The notes: generated from the letters alone by a model not told the origin. A DNA stretch of 64,000 bases from an uncultured Verrucomicrobia subdivision 3 bacterium (GCA_903835255.1 CAILMI010000055.1:75244-139243); one strand, 5' to 3'; shown: positions 31,833 through 40,118, counted from the stretch's first letter. Made by a program: numbers and translations.

Positions 31833-34220
31833 TCAGAAAAAACTTCGCCCGGGGCGATGGGGATTTTCAGGCTGCATGATTCCGGGCGTCCCCTCCTCAG
31901 CGGGGAGGTATTGCAAGATGCCAGGCCAGCCGTTTTGAATCCATGCTTCGGTCATTTTACCCAACGTGTCGCCGGATGACCCGAGATGCTCTCGGGCGGC
32001 CTGTCCGGCAGCCTGGGGATCTTTCTCCGCCCAGCATTGGAACAGGAGCTGATACGTCCGCTCGTCGGGCGCGGGTTGCAACTCATTCAACCGGGCCAGC
32101 GTGTTTTGAGGATTGTCTGCCGCCAATGCCGGGATGATTTCTCCCAAGGCGCGCGCCCGGGAACCGGCATCCGGCATCTGACAGACCCAGTTGAAGGCTC
32201 CGGGCAAATCCCTCTTCATCCAATCCTCCAGCACGGCGAGTTGAAAATAGGTTGCGGAATCACTCGCCCCCTGCTCGTTCACAATCGTTCCCTCAATGCC
32301 GCTGGCGCTGGCCATGGCAGTTAGGGGATTCTCCCACCCCAGCCGGACCAGTAGCCACTTCTGAAAATGGCTGCGTTGTGAATCATTCAAAATGACCGAG
32401 GACATCTTGAGGGCTTCGGGTATCTGCTCCCGCGGAATCGCCGCCGCCAACTGATCGAGGCTGCGTCGCCGGCTGCCATCGCGCTCCGCCCCCCCGATAT
32501 CCCCCAGCACCTGCCGAATCCGTGCCGAATCCAACGCTCCGGTTGCCAGATCGTAATCGCCGGCCGCTTCCGCAGCTGCCCGGTCGAGCGTCTGACGGGC
32601 AACCTGGCGTTGCCGCATGGCTTGGCTGGCGGCCAGCAGGGACAGCACCGCCAAGAGCGCCAGAGCCCCGGTGAGCCGCCGCGCATTCCGGGTTCTTTTT
32701 TGGGCCTCCTGAATCTGGCTTTGAACTTCCTGACCCACATTCCGGGACTGACTTTGGATTTCAAGAAGCCGGCTCTGCGCGTCGCTGGCTTGAGCCTGCG
32801 CTTCCAGAATCCTATTTTGCGCCTCACGCGCTTGAATGCGGGCCGCCTCCAGCTCGCGCTGCACCTCTATGAATTTGCCGTCATCGCCCGCACCTTGATT
32901 GTTTTTTTCTTCAAGCTGACGCTGGAGGCTCTGCGCCTCCCGGACCTGGTTTCGAGCCGCCTCCAGTTGATTCTGCACTTCCAGGACCTTGCTTTCGGCA
33001 GCAAGCGCCCGGTTATGGGCCTCCTCCCATTGAGCGTGCGCGGACCGGGCCTGATTCTGAAATTCCTGAATCTGACTTTTGGCCTCCAGCAATGGGTCCT
33101 GGCCGTCCCCAGCGGGGCTGCGAGCCCCCTCGGGTTGGCTCGAGGAATGCGGCACCTCACGGGCCTGATGGCGGGTCTGCTCCAGTTGGCCCTGCACTTC
33201 ACGGGAGAAAGCTTGTGCTTCCAATACTTTATTTTCTGCTGCGCGAGCCCGTTCGCGGGCCTCCTCCAGCTGGGCCTGGGTGTCCCGGACCTTATTTTGT
33301 AATTCCAGAAGCTGTTGCTGGGCGGCATGGGTCTGGTTCAGGGCTTCTTGAGCCTGATGGTGCGCCTCCTGAATCTGGCCTTGAACATCGCGCGGGAGAT
33401 TTTGCGTTTCCAAAACCTGATTCTGCGCCTCGCGAATTTGACGCTGCGCTTCCTGCAACTGACGCCGTGCCTCCTCCACCTGGTTGACCGCTGTGCGGAC
33501 TTGCTCCTGGGCGTCAGCAAAATCATGGAAGTGGCGTTTTTGCTCACGCCACCACAGCCCGTTAAATCCGACCCCGATCAGCAGGGCGATCAGATGAATC
33601 TTGGCCCTCTCTAAATCAGCTTGGGCGGGCCGATGATCGTTTGCCAGAATTTCCCGTTTTTCATCGCCGTACCGGGCATCCACAAAAAGGCATCGGCCCG
33701 CGCGCCGGGTGAGATCGATCGCTCCATCCGACCCCACCGGGTGACGCAATGCGGGAACAAAACACTCGTCTTCAGGGGAGGCGCCCGCCTTGCTTCCATC
33801 GCTGGCATGCGGTTCGCCCGACACCACAATCGGCAGAATATTTCGACTGCGACCGAGCTGCTTGAAATAGCGAACGGCTTCATTCACCCGAACGTTTTGA
33901 GCCGAGCGGGGCGAACAGATCACCACCAGGCAGAGGGACTGCTCCAACGCCCTGCGATCCTCCGCGGTCAGGGCGGCCTCGTCGGACAGTCCCGACTCTT
34001 CCCCGAAAAAAGGGTGAATTCGATCCGGAATGATCTCGCCCCGACCATTGACCTGGCCGACGAAATCCGCCGGGATAGAAAAAGTCTTTAGCGCCTCGTG
34101 CAACCAATTGCCCCAACACAGGCGGCTCACCTCCTGAGGGCTGGGGCTGGGGCGCTGATCGCGATTGTCCTGGCTACTAAAACTAAGGAACGCTAAATAT
34201 TTATTATCGGCACCGGTCAT
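31833..34220 (-). CDS. TIR-like domain / long heptad coiled-coil / single-TM / helical-repeat protein (795 aa)
   Basis: Residues ~7-135 are YLAFLSFSSQDNRD...IHPFFGEESGLSD...CLVVICSPRSAQNVRVNEAVRYF...ILPIVVSGEP, which I recognise as the TIR_2-type pattern. Residues ~235-512 form three blocks of (E/D)(A/V/T)QxQxx heptads. Residues 516-534 (LTGALALLAVLSLLAASQA) form a TM helix flanked by KRTRNARR. Residues 535-795 carry W..(K/E)DP..A-type helical repeats. Confidence 0.8.
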   Translation of the reverse strand: MTGADNKYLAFLSFSSQDNRDQRPSPSPQEVSRLCWGNWLHEALKTFSIPADFVGQVNGRGEIIPDRIHPFFGEESGLSDEAALTAEDRRALEQSLCLVVICSPRSAQNVRVNEAVRYFKQLGRSRNILPIVVSGEPHASDGSKAGASPEDECFVPALRHPVGSDGAIDLTRRAGRCLFVDARYGDEKREILANDHRPAQADLERAKIHLIALLIGVGFNGLWWREQKRHFHDFADAQEQVRTAVNQVEEARRQLQEAQRQIREAQNQVLETQNLPRDVQGQIQEAHHQAQEALNQTHAAQQQLLELQNKVRDTQAQLEEARERARAAENKVLEAQAFSREVQGQLEQTRHQAREVPHSSSQPEGARSPAGDGQDPLLEAKSQIQEFQNQARSAHAQWEEAHNRALAAESKVLEVQNQLEAARNQVREAQSLQRQLEEKNNQGAGDDGKFIEVQRELEAARIQAREAQNRILEAQAQASDAQSRLLEIQSQSRNVGQEVQSQIQEAQKRTRNARRLTGALALLAVLSLLAASQAMRQRQVARQTLDRAAAEAAGDYDLATGALDSARIRQVLGDIGGAERDGSRRRSLDQLAAAIPREQIPEALKMSSVILNDSQRSHFQKWLLVRLGWENPLTAMASASGIEGTIVNEQGASDSATYFQLAVLEDWMKRDLPGAFNWVCQMPDAGSRARALGEIIPALAADNPQNTLARLNELQPAPDERTYQLLFQCWAEKDPQAAGQAAREHLGSSGDTLGKMTEAWIQNGWPGILQYLPAEEGTPGIMQPENPHRPGRSFF

Positions 34221-34482
34221 AATGACGCGTGAGGTTTCAATGGAACAAGGCTGGGGGTTTTTGTGCGGGAAGAGGTCCTGCGCAACTGGTCCGAAACAGA
34301 GGCGGATCCGGAGAACCCCTTCTGCGGGGACGAGCAGATGCGTCCTCTCATGAGGGGATTCCTCGCGAGAGGAAAACCTCTATCACACTTTTATCTAAGG
34401 GATGAATAGAAACCATTGCCCGGGTACGATGATGGCGGTTCAATGACACCATGGATTGAGAGCGGTTCTGGCAGAAGCTCGG

Positions 34483-37400
34483 TTAATGTGTCGGGTTAGG
34501 TTCGGACGAGGCCGGCGGCAATGCATCCACCGGTTCATCCATTTTCACCAGCGGCGTGCCGGCGGTGGCGGTCTGCGTCTCGTTCGCCTTGTGGAATTTG
34601 ACGCTGACAATCTTGCTGACGCCGTGCTCCTCCATGGTGACGCCGTAGAGCACATCGGCCATGCCGATGGTGCGCTTATTGTGCGTGATGATAATGAACT
34701 GGGACTGCAGGATGAAGCGCTGCAGCACCCGCACGAAGCGGTTGATGTTGGACTCATCGAGCGGCGCATCCAATTCATCCAGCACGCAGAACGGACTGGG
34801 CTTGACCTGATAGATCGAAAACAGCAGCGACACGGCCACCATCGTCTGCTCGCCGCCGGACAGCAGGGAAATGCCCTGCAATTGCTTGCCCGGAGGGCGC
34901 GCGACGATATCAATGCCGCTTTCCAGCACGTCGTTTTCATCGGCCAGAACCAGGTCCGCCTTGCCGCCGCCGAACACGTCGGTGAACATCGCCCGGAAAT
35001 TGTCCCGGATGCGTTCAAACGTGGCCAGGAACATCTCGCGCGTCTGAGTGTTGATGCGGTTGATAACCTCCAGCAGCTGCGTCTTGGCATTGACCAGGTC
35101 GTCATGCTGCTGCGTCAGGAAAGTGTGGCGCTGCTCGGTCTCCTCGTATTCCTCGATCGCCACGAGGTTCACCGGCCCGATCTCATCGAGCCGTTTCTGC
35201 AGGGTCTCGATCTGCTGGCCCACGGCGCTCCAATCGGTCGCCGCCCCGGCCGCCGCCATCTGTTCGGGCGAGAGCGTCTCCACCTGAGCAGGGCCTTCGT
35301 CGGCGTAGGTGATGGTGATGCACTCGCTGCGGATGTCTTCGAGATTGAGATGATATTTCTGCTGCATCTTCTCGCGCAGGTTCTGCACCGTCATACTTTT
35401 CTGCGCCAGCCCCACATCCACGGCGCCGCGTTGATTCTGCAGGTCCGACAGGCGGCTACGCTGCAAACGCAGGTTTTCCTCGCGCGCGCCGATATCGGAA
35501 TCCTGCGCGTTTTTCTGGCTGATTAACTCCGCCGCCAGGGCGTTGACCTGATCGCGGTCGTGCTGCAAACGCCCAATTTGCGAGCGGGATTCCTCCATCT
35601 CGGACCCCGCCTGCTCCTGACGCGCCACGAACGAGGAGCACTCCCCCCGCCGCTGCTCGACGATCTGGGTCAGCTCGCGGATGCGCTGTGCCAGCGCCGA
35701 CTGCTGCTGCTGGAATGAGGCGCTCAACTGCTCGTCTGCCGCCAGCGCGACTTTGCTTTCCGTGAGCGTGGCGTTGGCCGCGTCGCGCTGCAGCCGGAGG
35801 CTTTCCAGTTCCGCCGTCAGCGCGATCACCTGCTCCTGGCTGGACTGCTCCCGCGCCTCCAATTCACCCAGCCGCAGGGTGAGAGCTTCCCGTTTCTGGA
35901 GCCCCTCCTGCTCTTGCGCGGCGAGGCTCTGCACCTCAAAAACCACCGTCTCAATTTTCTGATGCAGCAAGCGGTTGGAATTATTCAGCGCATTGAACTC
36001 GCCTTCGCGCGTGGCGATGGCGACTTCCTGTTCGCGCAATTCCGTCTGAGCCTGCTGCAGGCTCGCCTGCAATTCCGTCTGCTCGCTCAAAAGCGCTCCC
36101 CGCTTGCGGCTGACTTCCTCCACCTGCAGCTGCAGCCCGGCGAGTTCCGCCTGTAATTCGAGGATTTGGTTCTTGCGGCCGAGAATAGAGGAAGGCGCCT
36201 TGCCGTTGCCGCTGCCATTAAAATAACCGCCGGTGTAAATGCCATGGCGATTCAACAGGTCCCCCGCGAGCGTCACAAAATCGCAGCCCGCATGGCCATT
36301 TTGGATTTGCGTCGTCGCCGTGGGCAGATCGGCGGCAATGAACGTGCGGCCCAAAAGCGATCTCAGCAGCGGCTCCACCGAGGGCTCGGCGTGGATCACG
36401 CTCATCGCGTGCACAATCTGGCCGGCAGGCAAACCCGATTGCGCAGCGTCAAACTTTTCGCTGGGAGCCATTTCCCCGGCGAAGGCGAGCTGCTTCTCGT
36501 CCTGATACTGCTGAATGGCCAGCGCAGCCACGCTCGCGCGCCCGGATTTGTTCGCGCTCAAGTCCGCGAGGATTTCCTGGGCGGATTCCGGACGGTCGGT
36601 CAGGACCAGCTGCAGATTGTGGCCCAGCGCATTTTCCACAGCGGTCACAAATTGGTCCGGCACGCGAATGCGGTCCGCCAGCGAGCCGAGAACCGAGCGC
36701 GACTGCCGCAGGGCCGCCACCGCGCCGGCGCCGAATCCTTCGTGCGCCCCCTCGAGCTGCTCCAGCACGGTAAGGCGCGAATGCTTTTCCGCCTGCTGCT
36801 TGAGCGAGCGATCCTGCTCCACCGACGACGCCTGTAATTCCGACTGCAATTGGCCCAGTCGGTTCTGCCGCTGCTCGACCGAGCCGCGCGTGGTCGCGAC
36901 GTTCAATTTTTCGACCTCGACGCTCGCGGTAAATTCCTGCATCCGCACTTCCAAACCGGCGCGCTCGACTTCCAGCTGGATTTTTTCGGCGGAAAGCTTT
37001 TCCAGGCGGATGACATTGCCCTGCTTCTGCAGGTCCATCGCGGCGATTTCATTGCGGAGACGGGACAGGTCCTGGGCCGCAGCGAACGCCTCCGACTGCG
37101 CGCGGCGCAGTTCTTCCTGGCGCTGGCGCAAGCCTTCCTCGACCGCGCGCAGGGCTTCGTGCTTGGCCGATAAATTCTCCTGGTGCTGCGCCAAGGCAGC
37201 CTCGGCCACGGCCAGGCGTTCGGTGACGGTGATCAGCTCGCTCGAAGCCGCGTGGCAGCGTTCCTCGGCCTGGGCGATCTCCGCGAGCGCCCGGGCGTTT
37301 TGGGATTCGATCTCGCGCAGACGCTCCTCGTTGAAGTGGATGCGGCTCTCGTGCCGGTCCATTTCGCCCTTCAACTCCAGCCCGCGCTGCTGCTGCGCAG

Positions 37401-38268
37401 CCACCTCGCGCTCCAGATCCGATAGCCGGTCGCGCAGCTCTTTGATCTCATCTTCAAAACGCAGCACGTCGGCGGAACCGGTTTCAATTTCGCCGCGCAA
37501 GGTTTCAGCAGCAGCCTGCTTTTCAGCAATCTCCGATTGCAACACGTCGAACTGATGCCGCGCCATCTGCGTGTCGAGGTGCTGCAGCTCCAGGGTGATC
37601 TGCTTGTACCGCTTGGCCTTCCCGGCCTGCCGCTGCAGCGACCCAATCTGCCGCTTCACCTCCCGGATGAGATCGGCGATGCGCAGCAAGTTCTGCTCGG
37701 TGTATTCCAGCTTGCGCAGCGATTCCTTTTTCTGCGCCTTGAATTTGGTGATGCCCGCCGCCTCCTCGAAAATCATCCGGCGATCCTCCGGCTTGCTGGA
37801 CAGAATCTGCGTGATGTGCCCCTGCGCCAGAATGCTGTAGCTCGTGCGGCCGATGCCGGTGCCCATGAAAAACTGCTGGATATCCTTGAGCCGGCACGGA
37901 ACTTTATTGATGAAATACTCGCTGCCGCCATCGCGGAAAATCCGGCGCGTGATCGTCACCTCGCTGTAATTCACCTCCACACCCGCCGCCCGCAAATGCT
38001 CCTCATCCACATCCCCCAGCGTCAGCGAGACTTCGCACATCCCCATCGGTTTGCGTCCGTCCGTGCCGTTGAAAATGACGTCCGCCATCTCACCGCCCCG
38101 CAACGCCTTGGCCGACTGCTCCCCCAGCACCCAGCGGATGGCGTCCGAGACGTTGGACTTGCCGCAGCCGTTGGGCCCCACAATCGCCGTGACTCCCGGT
38201 TGAAAATTCAACGCCGTCTTATCCGCAAACGATTTGAAGCCGAAAACGGTTAAATTTTTGAGGTACAT
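34483..38268 (-). CDS. smc: chromosome segregation protein SMC
   Basis: The 1261-aa protein has a Walker A motif (GPNGCGKSNVSDAIRWVLGEQS), long coiled coils, a hinge, and a C-terminal signature plus Walker B (LSGGEQTMVAVSLLFSIY...PFCVLDELDAPLD). Confidence 0.95.
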   Translation of the reverse strand: MYLKNLTVFGFKSFADKTALNFQPGVTAIVGPNGCGKSNVSDAIRWVLGEQSAKALRGGEMADVIFNGTDGRKPMGMCEVSLTLGDVDEEHLRAAGVEVNYSEVTITRRIFRDGGSEYFINKVPCRLKDIQQFFMGTGIGRTSYSILAQGHITQILSSKPEDRRMIFEEAAGITKFKAQKKESLRKLEYTEQNLLRIADLIREVKRQIGSLQRQAGKAKRYKQITLELQHLDTQMARHQFDVLQSEIAEKQAAAETLRGEIETGSADVLRFEDEIKELRDRLSDLEREVAAQQQRGLELKGEMDRHESRIHFNEERLREIESQNARALAEIAQAEERCHAASSELITVTERLAVAEAALAQHQENLSAKHEALRAVEEGLRQRQEELRRAQSEAFAAAQDLSRLRNEIAAMDLQKQGNVIRLEKLSAEKIQLEVERAGLEVRMQEFTASVEVEKLNVATTRGSVEQRQNRLGQLQSELQASSVEQDRSLKQQAEKHSRLTVLEQLEGAHEGFGAGAVAALRQSRSVLGSLADRIRVPDQFVTAVENALGHNLQLVLTDRPESAQEILADLSANKSGRASVAALAIQQYQDEKQLAFAGEMAPSEKFDAAQSGLPAGQIVHAMSVIHAEPSVEPLLRSLLGRTFIAADLPTATTQIQNGHAGCDFVTLAGDLLNRHGIYTGGYFNGSGNGKAPSSILGRKNQILELQAELAGLQLQVEEVSRKRGALLSEQTELQASLQQAQTELREQEVAIATREGEFNALNNSNRLLHQKIETVVFEVQSLAAQEQEGLQKREALTLRLGELEAREQSSQEQVIALTAELESLRLQRDAANATLTESKVALAADEQLSASFQQQQSALAQRIRELTQIVEQRRGECSSFVARQEQAGSEMEESRSQIGRLQHDRDQVNALAAELISQKNAQDSDIGAREENLRLQRSRLSDLQNQRGAVDVGLAQKSMTVQNLREKMQQKYHLNLEDIRSECITITYADEGPAQVETLSPEQMAAAGAATDWSAVGQQIETLQKRLDEIGPVNLVAIEEYEETEQRHTFLTQQHDDLVNAKTQLLEVINRINTQTREMFLATFERIRDNFRAMFTDVFGGGKADLVLADENDVLESGIDIVARPPGKQLQGISLLSGGEQTMVAVSLLFSIYQVKPSPFCVLDELDAPLDESNINRFVRVLQRFILQSQFIIITHNKRTIGMADVLYGVTMEEHGVSKIVSVKFHKANETQTATAGTPLVKMDEPVDALPPASSEPNPTH

Positions 38269-38582
38269 AGTGACTCAAATCAGACAACCAAAGCTCTTCC
38301 TTCAAGTAAAGCCCAAACCACAACATAAAGGGCACAACTCCACTTGCGACACAACTAATTGATTTGAAGAGTAAGTTATGGATACTGGTTTTTAGCTAAT
38401 TTTTATCGTTAACCCTAACTCGGAAAAGCAAAACAAACGTTCCTGAATCGTTTTTCATGTTCGATCTCCTTGAATTGTTTTGCCAGCCCATTAGGGGATC
38501 ATCCGGGTTGAAAGAGAGAGGGTAAAACCGGAGAAAAATCCGGAGGGTTTACTTTCCACGGCGCGCTCATTAACTTCCCTCC

Positions 38583-39071
38583 ATGGACTCACTCCACGCA
38601 CCCTGGCGGATCGAATACATTCTCGCCAAAAAACCCGAATTAAAGGAGGGCGTCTTTGCGCGCATCGCGCAATCCTCCGACGACGAGGCGAACCTTGTCG
38701 TGGTGCGCGACCGGACCTGTTTTGCGCTGCTCAACCGTTATCCCTACAACGGCGGGCACCTGATGATTGTGCCTTACAAGGAGGTGCCCGACTTGAACGG
38801 GCTGACCGACGAGGAAGTGGCCGATCTCTGGAAACTGGTTCGACGCTGCATCAATGCGCTGACCGCGGTGATGAAGCCGGACGGGTTCAACGTGGGCATC
38901 AACCTAGGCAAGGTTGCCGGCGCGGGCATCCTCGAACATCTCCATATCCACATCGTGCCGCGCTGGAATGGCGACACCAATTTCATGCCGGTCATCGCCG
39001 ACACGGGAGTCGTGCCGGAGGCGCTGCAGGAGGTGGCCGCCCGACTCCGCGCGGCACTGGCTGCATCCTGA
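38583..39071 (+). CDS. HIT-family nucleotidyl transferase/phosphorylase (Ap4A-phosphorylase-type branch)
   Basis: MDSLHAPWRIEYI...NRYPYNGGHLMIVP...HLHIHIVPRWNGDTNFMP carries the histidine-triad motif, with the PW..EYI N-terminus and RW.GD.NFM tail typical of the GalT/Ap4A-phosphorylase branch. Confidence 0.8.
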   Translation: MDSLHAPWRIEYILAKKPELKEGVFARIAQSSDDEANLVVVRDRTCFALLNRYPYNGGHLMIVPYKEVPDLNGLTDEEVADLWKLVRRCINALTAVMKPDGFNVGINLGKVAGAGILEHLHIHIVPRWNGDTNFMPVIADTGVVPEALQEVAARLRAALAAS

Positions 39072-39148
39072 GCGGGGACGGGCCGCCTGACACAGAAGCG
39101 CGAACGACCCTGTCTTTCCCGACCCCTTCGCCCTTTTGGAGAGACGGT

Positions 39149-39967
39149 CTAAAAGCCGCGCAAGTCGGTGCTGCTGCGTTTGGGCAGACCGGGCGCGGGA
39201 GTGCGCCGGAGGACGACGTATTCGATGCCGATCTCCTGGCAATACTCGCGCTTGCCGCCCTTGTCGCCATCTTCATTCACGGCATAGGCATCGGGCTTGA
39301 GCCGCCTGATTTCAGGATCGGCATCCAGCCACCCGCTGCCGCTGGAGATCAATGCCTGCTTCACAAACTTGATCGACCCCACCACGTAGCGGCGCTCCTC
39401 CTGGGACAGCAGCGGATGACCTTCGCCCTTGAGCAACCGAATATTGGCGTCGTGCCCCACGATGACGTAGGCATCCCCGAGCGCGTTGAGCTCCTCGGTG
39501 AAACGGACATGACCGGAGTGGAACCAGTCGTAACAGCCGGTGGCAATGATCTTTTTTCGGCCGGGCGCGGACGGCATCGGCGGCGGCTCAGGGAACCCCG
39601 CCAGCTCGGCCGCAGTGAAGATGCGGCGGGCAATCCGGTTTTCACGGGCGAATTGGTCCCGGGCGGAATGGGTTGCCGTCGCGGCATCCGCCCAGACGTC
39701 CATCTTCAAATGATTCGGCAGCGCGTTAATATCTACCGCGTCAGCGCCGGCCACCACCTTGTTCACGTAGCGCACGGCGTTCAAGAAATATGCCCGTTCC
39801 GCCAGCGGAAATTTGGGCGGCTTGCCGGCGAACTGCTGAAGCACGCTGTCCGGCCATAATAAAACCGTCAGTTCGCCCAGCTTTGAAGCCTCCTCCAGCA
39901 GACGCAGGTCGCGCGACGTGATGTCGTCGAACCCGCCGCTGACCACCACCTGTGTTTTTATCGACAT
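39149..39967 (-). CDS. tandem cytidylyltransferase-fold (CTP_transf_like) protein: degenerate N-terminal copy plus a C-terminal copy with an intact HxGH motif
   Basis: The C-terminal half (KKIIATGCYDWFHSGHVRFTEELNALGDAYVIVGHDANIRLLKGEGHPLLSQEERRYVV) resembles TagD / RfaE domain II. The N-terminal half (VVVSGGFDDITSRDLRLLEEASKLGELTVLLWPD...) has the same fold pattern but no HxGH. Confidence 0.7.
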   Translation of the reverse strand: MSIKTQVVVSGGFDDITSRDLRLLEEASKLGELTVLLWPDSVLQQFAGKPPKFPLAERAYFLNAVRYVNKVVAGADAVDINALPNHLKMDVWADAATATHSARDQFARENRIARRIFTAAELAGFPEPPPMPSAPGRKKIIATGCYDWFHSGHVRFTEELNALGDAYVIVGHDANIRLLKGEGHPLLSQEERRYVVGSIKFVKQALISSGSGWLDADPEIRRLKPDAYAVNEDGDKGGKREYCQEIGIEYVVLRRTPAPGLPKRSSTDLRGF

Positions 39968-39971
39968 GATC

Positions 39972-40118
39972 TTAGGATTGAATTCTAAGCGCGCGCGCGA
40001 TCGGGCTCGGCAACTTTTCAGTTAGGGCGCGCTGCAGCACGCGCCGGTATTTTAAAATACTCCCAATCGCCCGCCTCGTGTCCGGCTTCATTTCCATGCC
40101 GCCTAACACACCCATCAT
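39972..40118 (-). CDS. candidate 48-codon small ORF filling the kinase-cytidylyltransferase gap (speculative)
   Basis: The peptide reads MMGVLGGMEMKPDTRRAIGSILKYRRVLQRALTEKLPSPIARALRIQS. Its ATG overlaps the TGA of the upstream GHMP gene (ATGA), and its TAA ends 4 nt before the next ATG. I recognise no homology. The same segment also holds a GGCGCG-ctgcagca-CGCGCC hairpin. Confidence 0.3.
   Translation of the reverse strand: MMGVLGGMEMKPDTRRAIGSILKYRRVLQRALTEKLPSPIARALRIQS

Noticed and set aside
32685-33518. Repetitive DNA that could be mistaken for a CRISPR or tandem-repeat array
   Set aside because: The repeats are in frame within a long ORF, degenerate at the nucleotide level and 21-nt periodic (heptads). 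There are no unique spacers, so this is coding repeat sequence.
38269-38582. AT-rich island as a replication origin
   Set aside because: I found no cluster of DnaA-box-like 9-mers; only one weak TTTCCACG match is present. There is no dnaA or dnaN nearby and no AT-rich 13-mer repeats.
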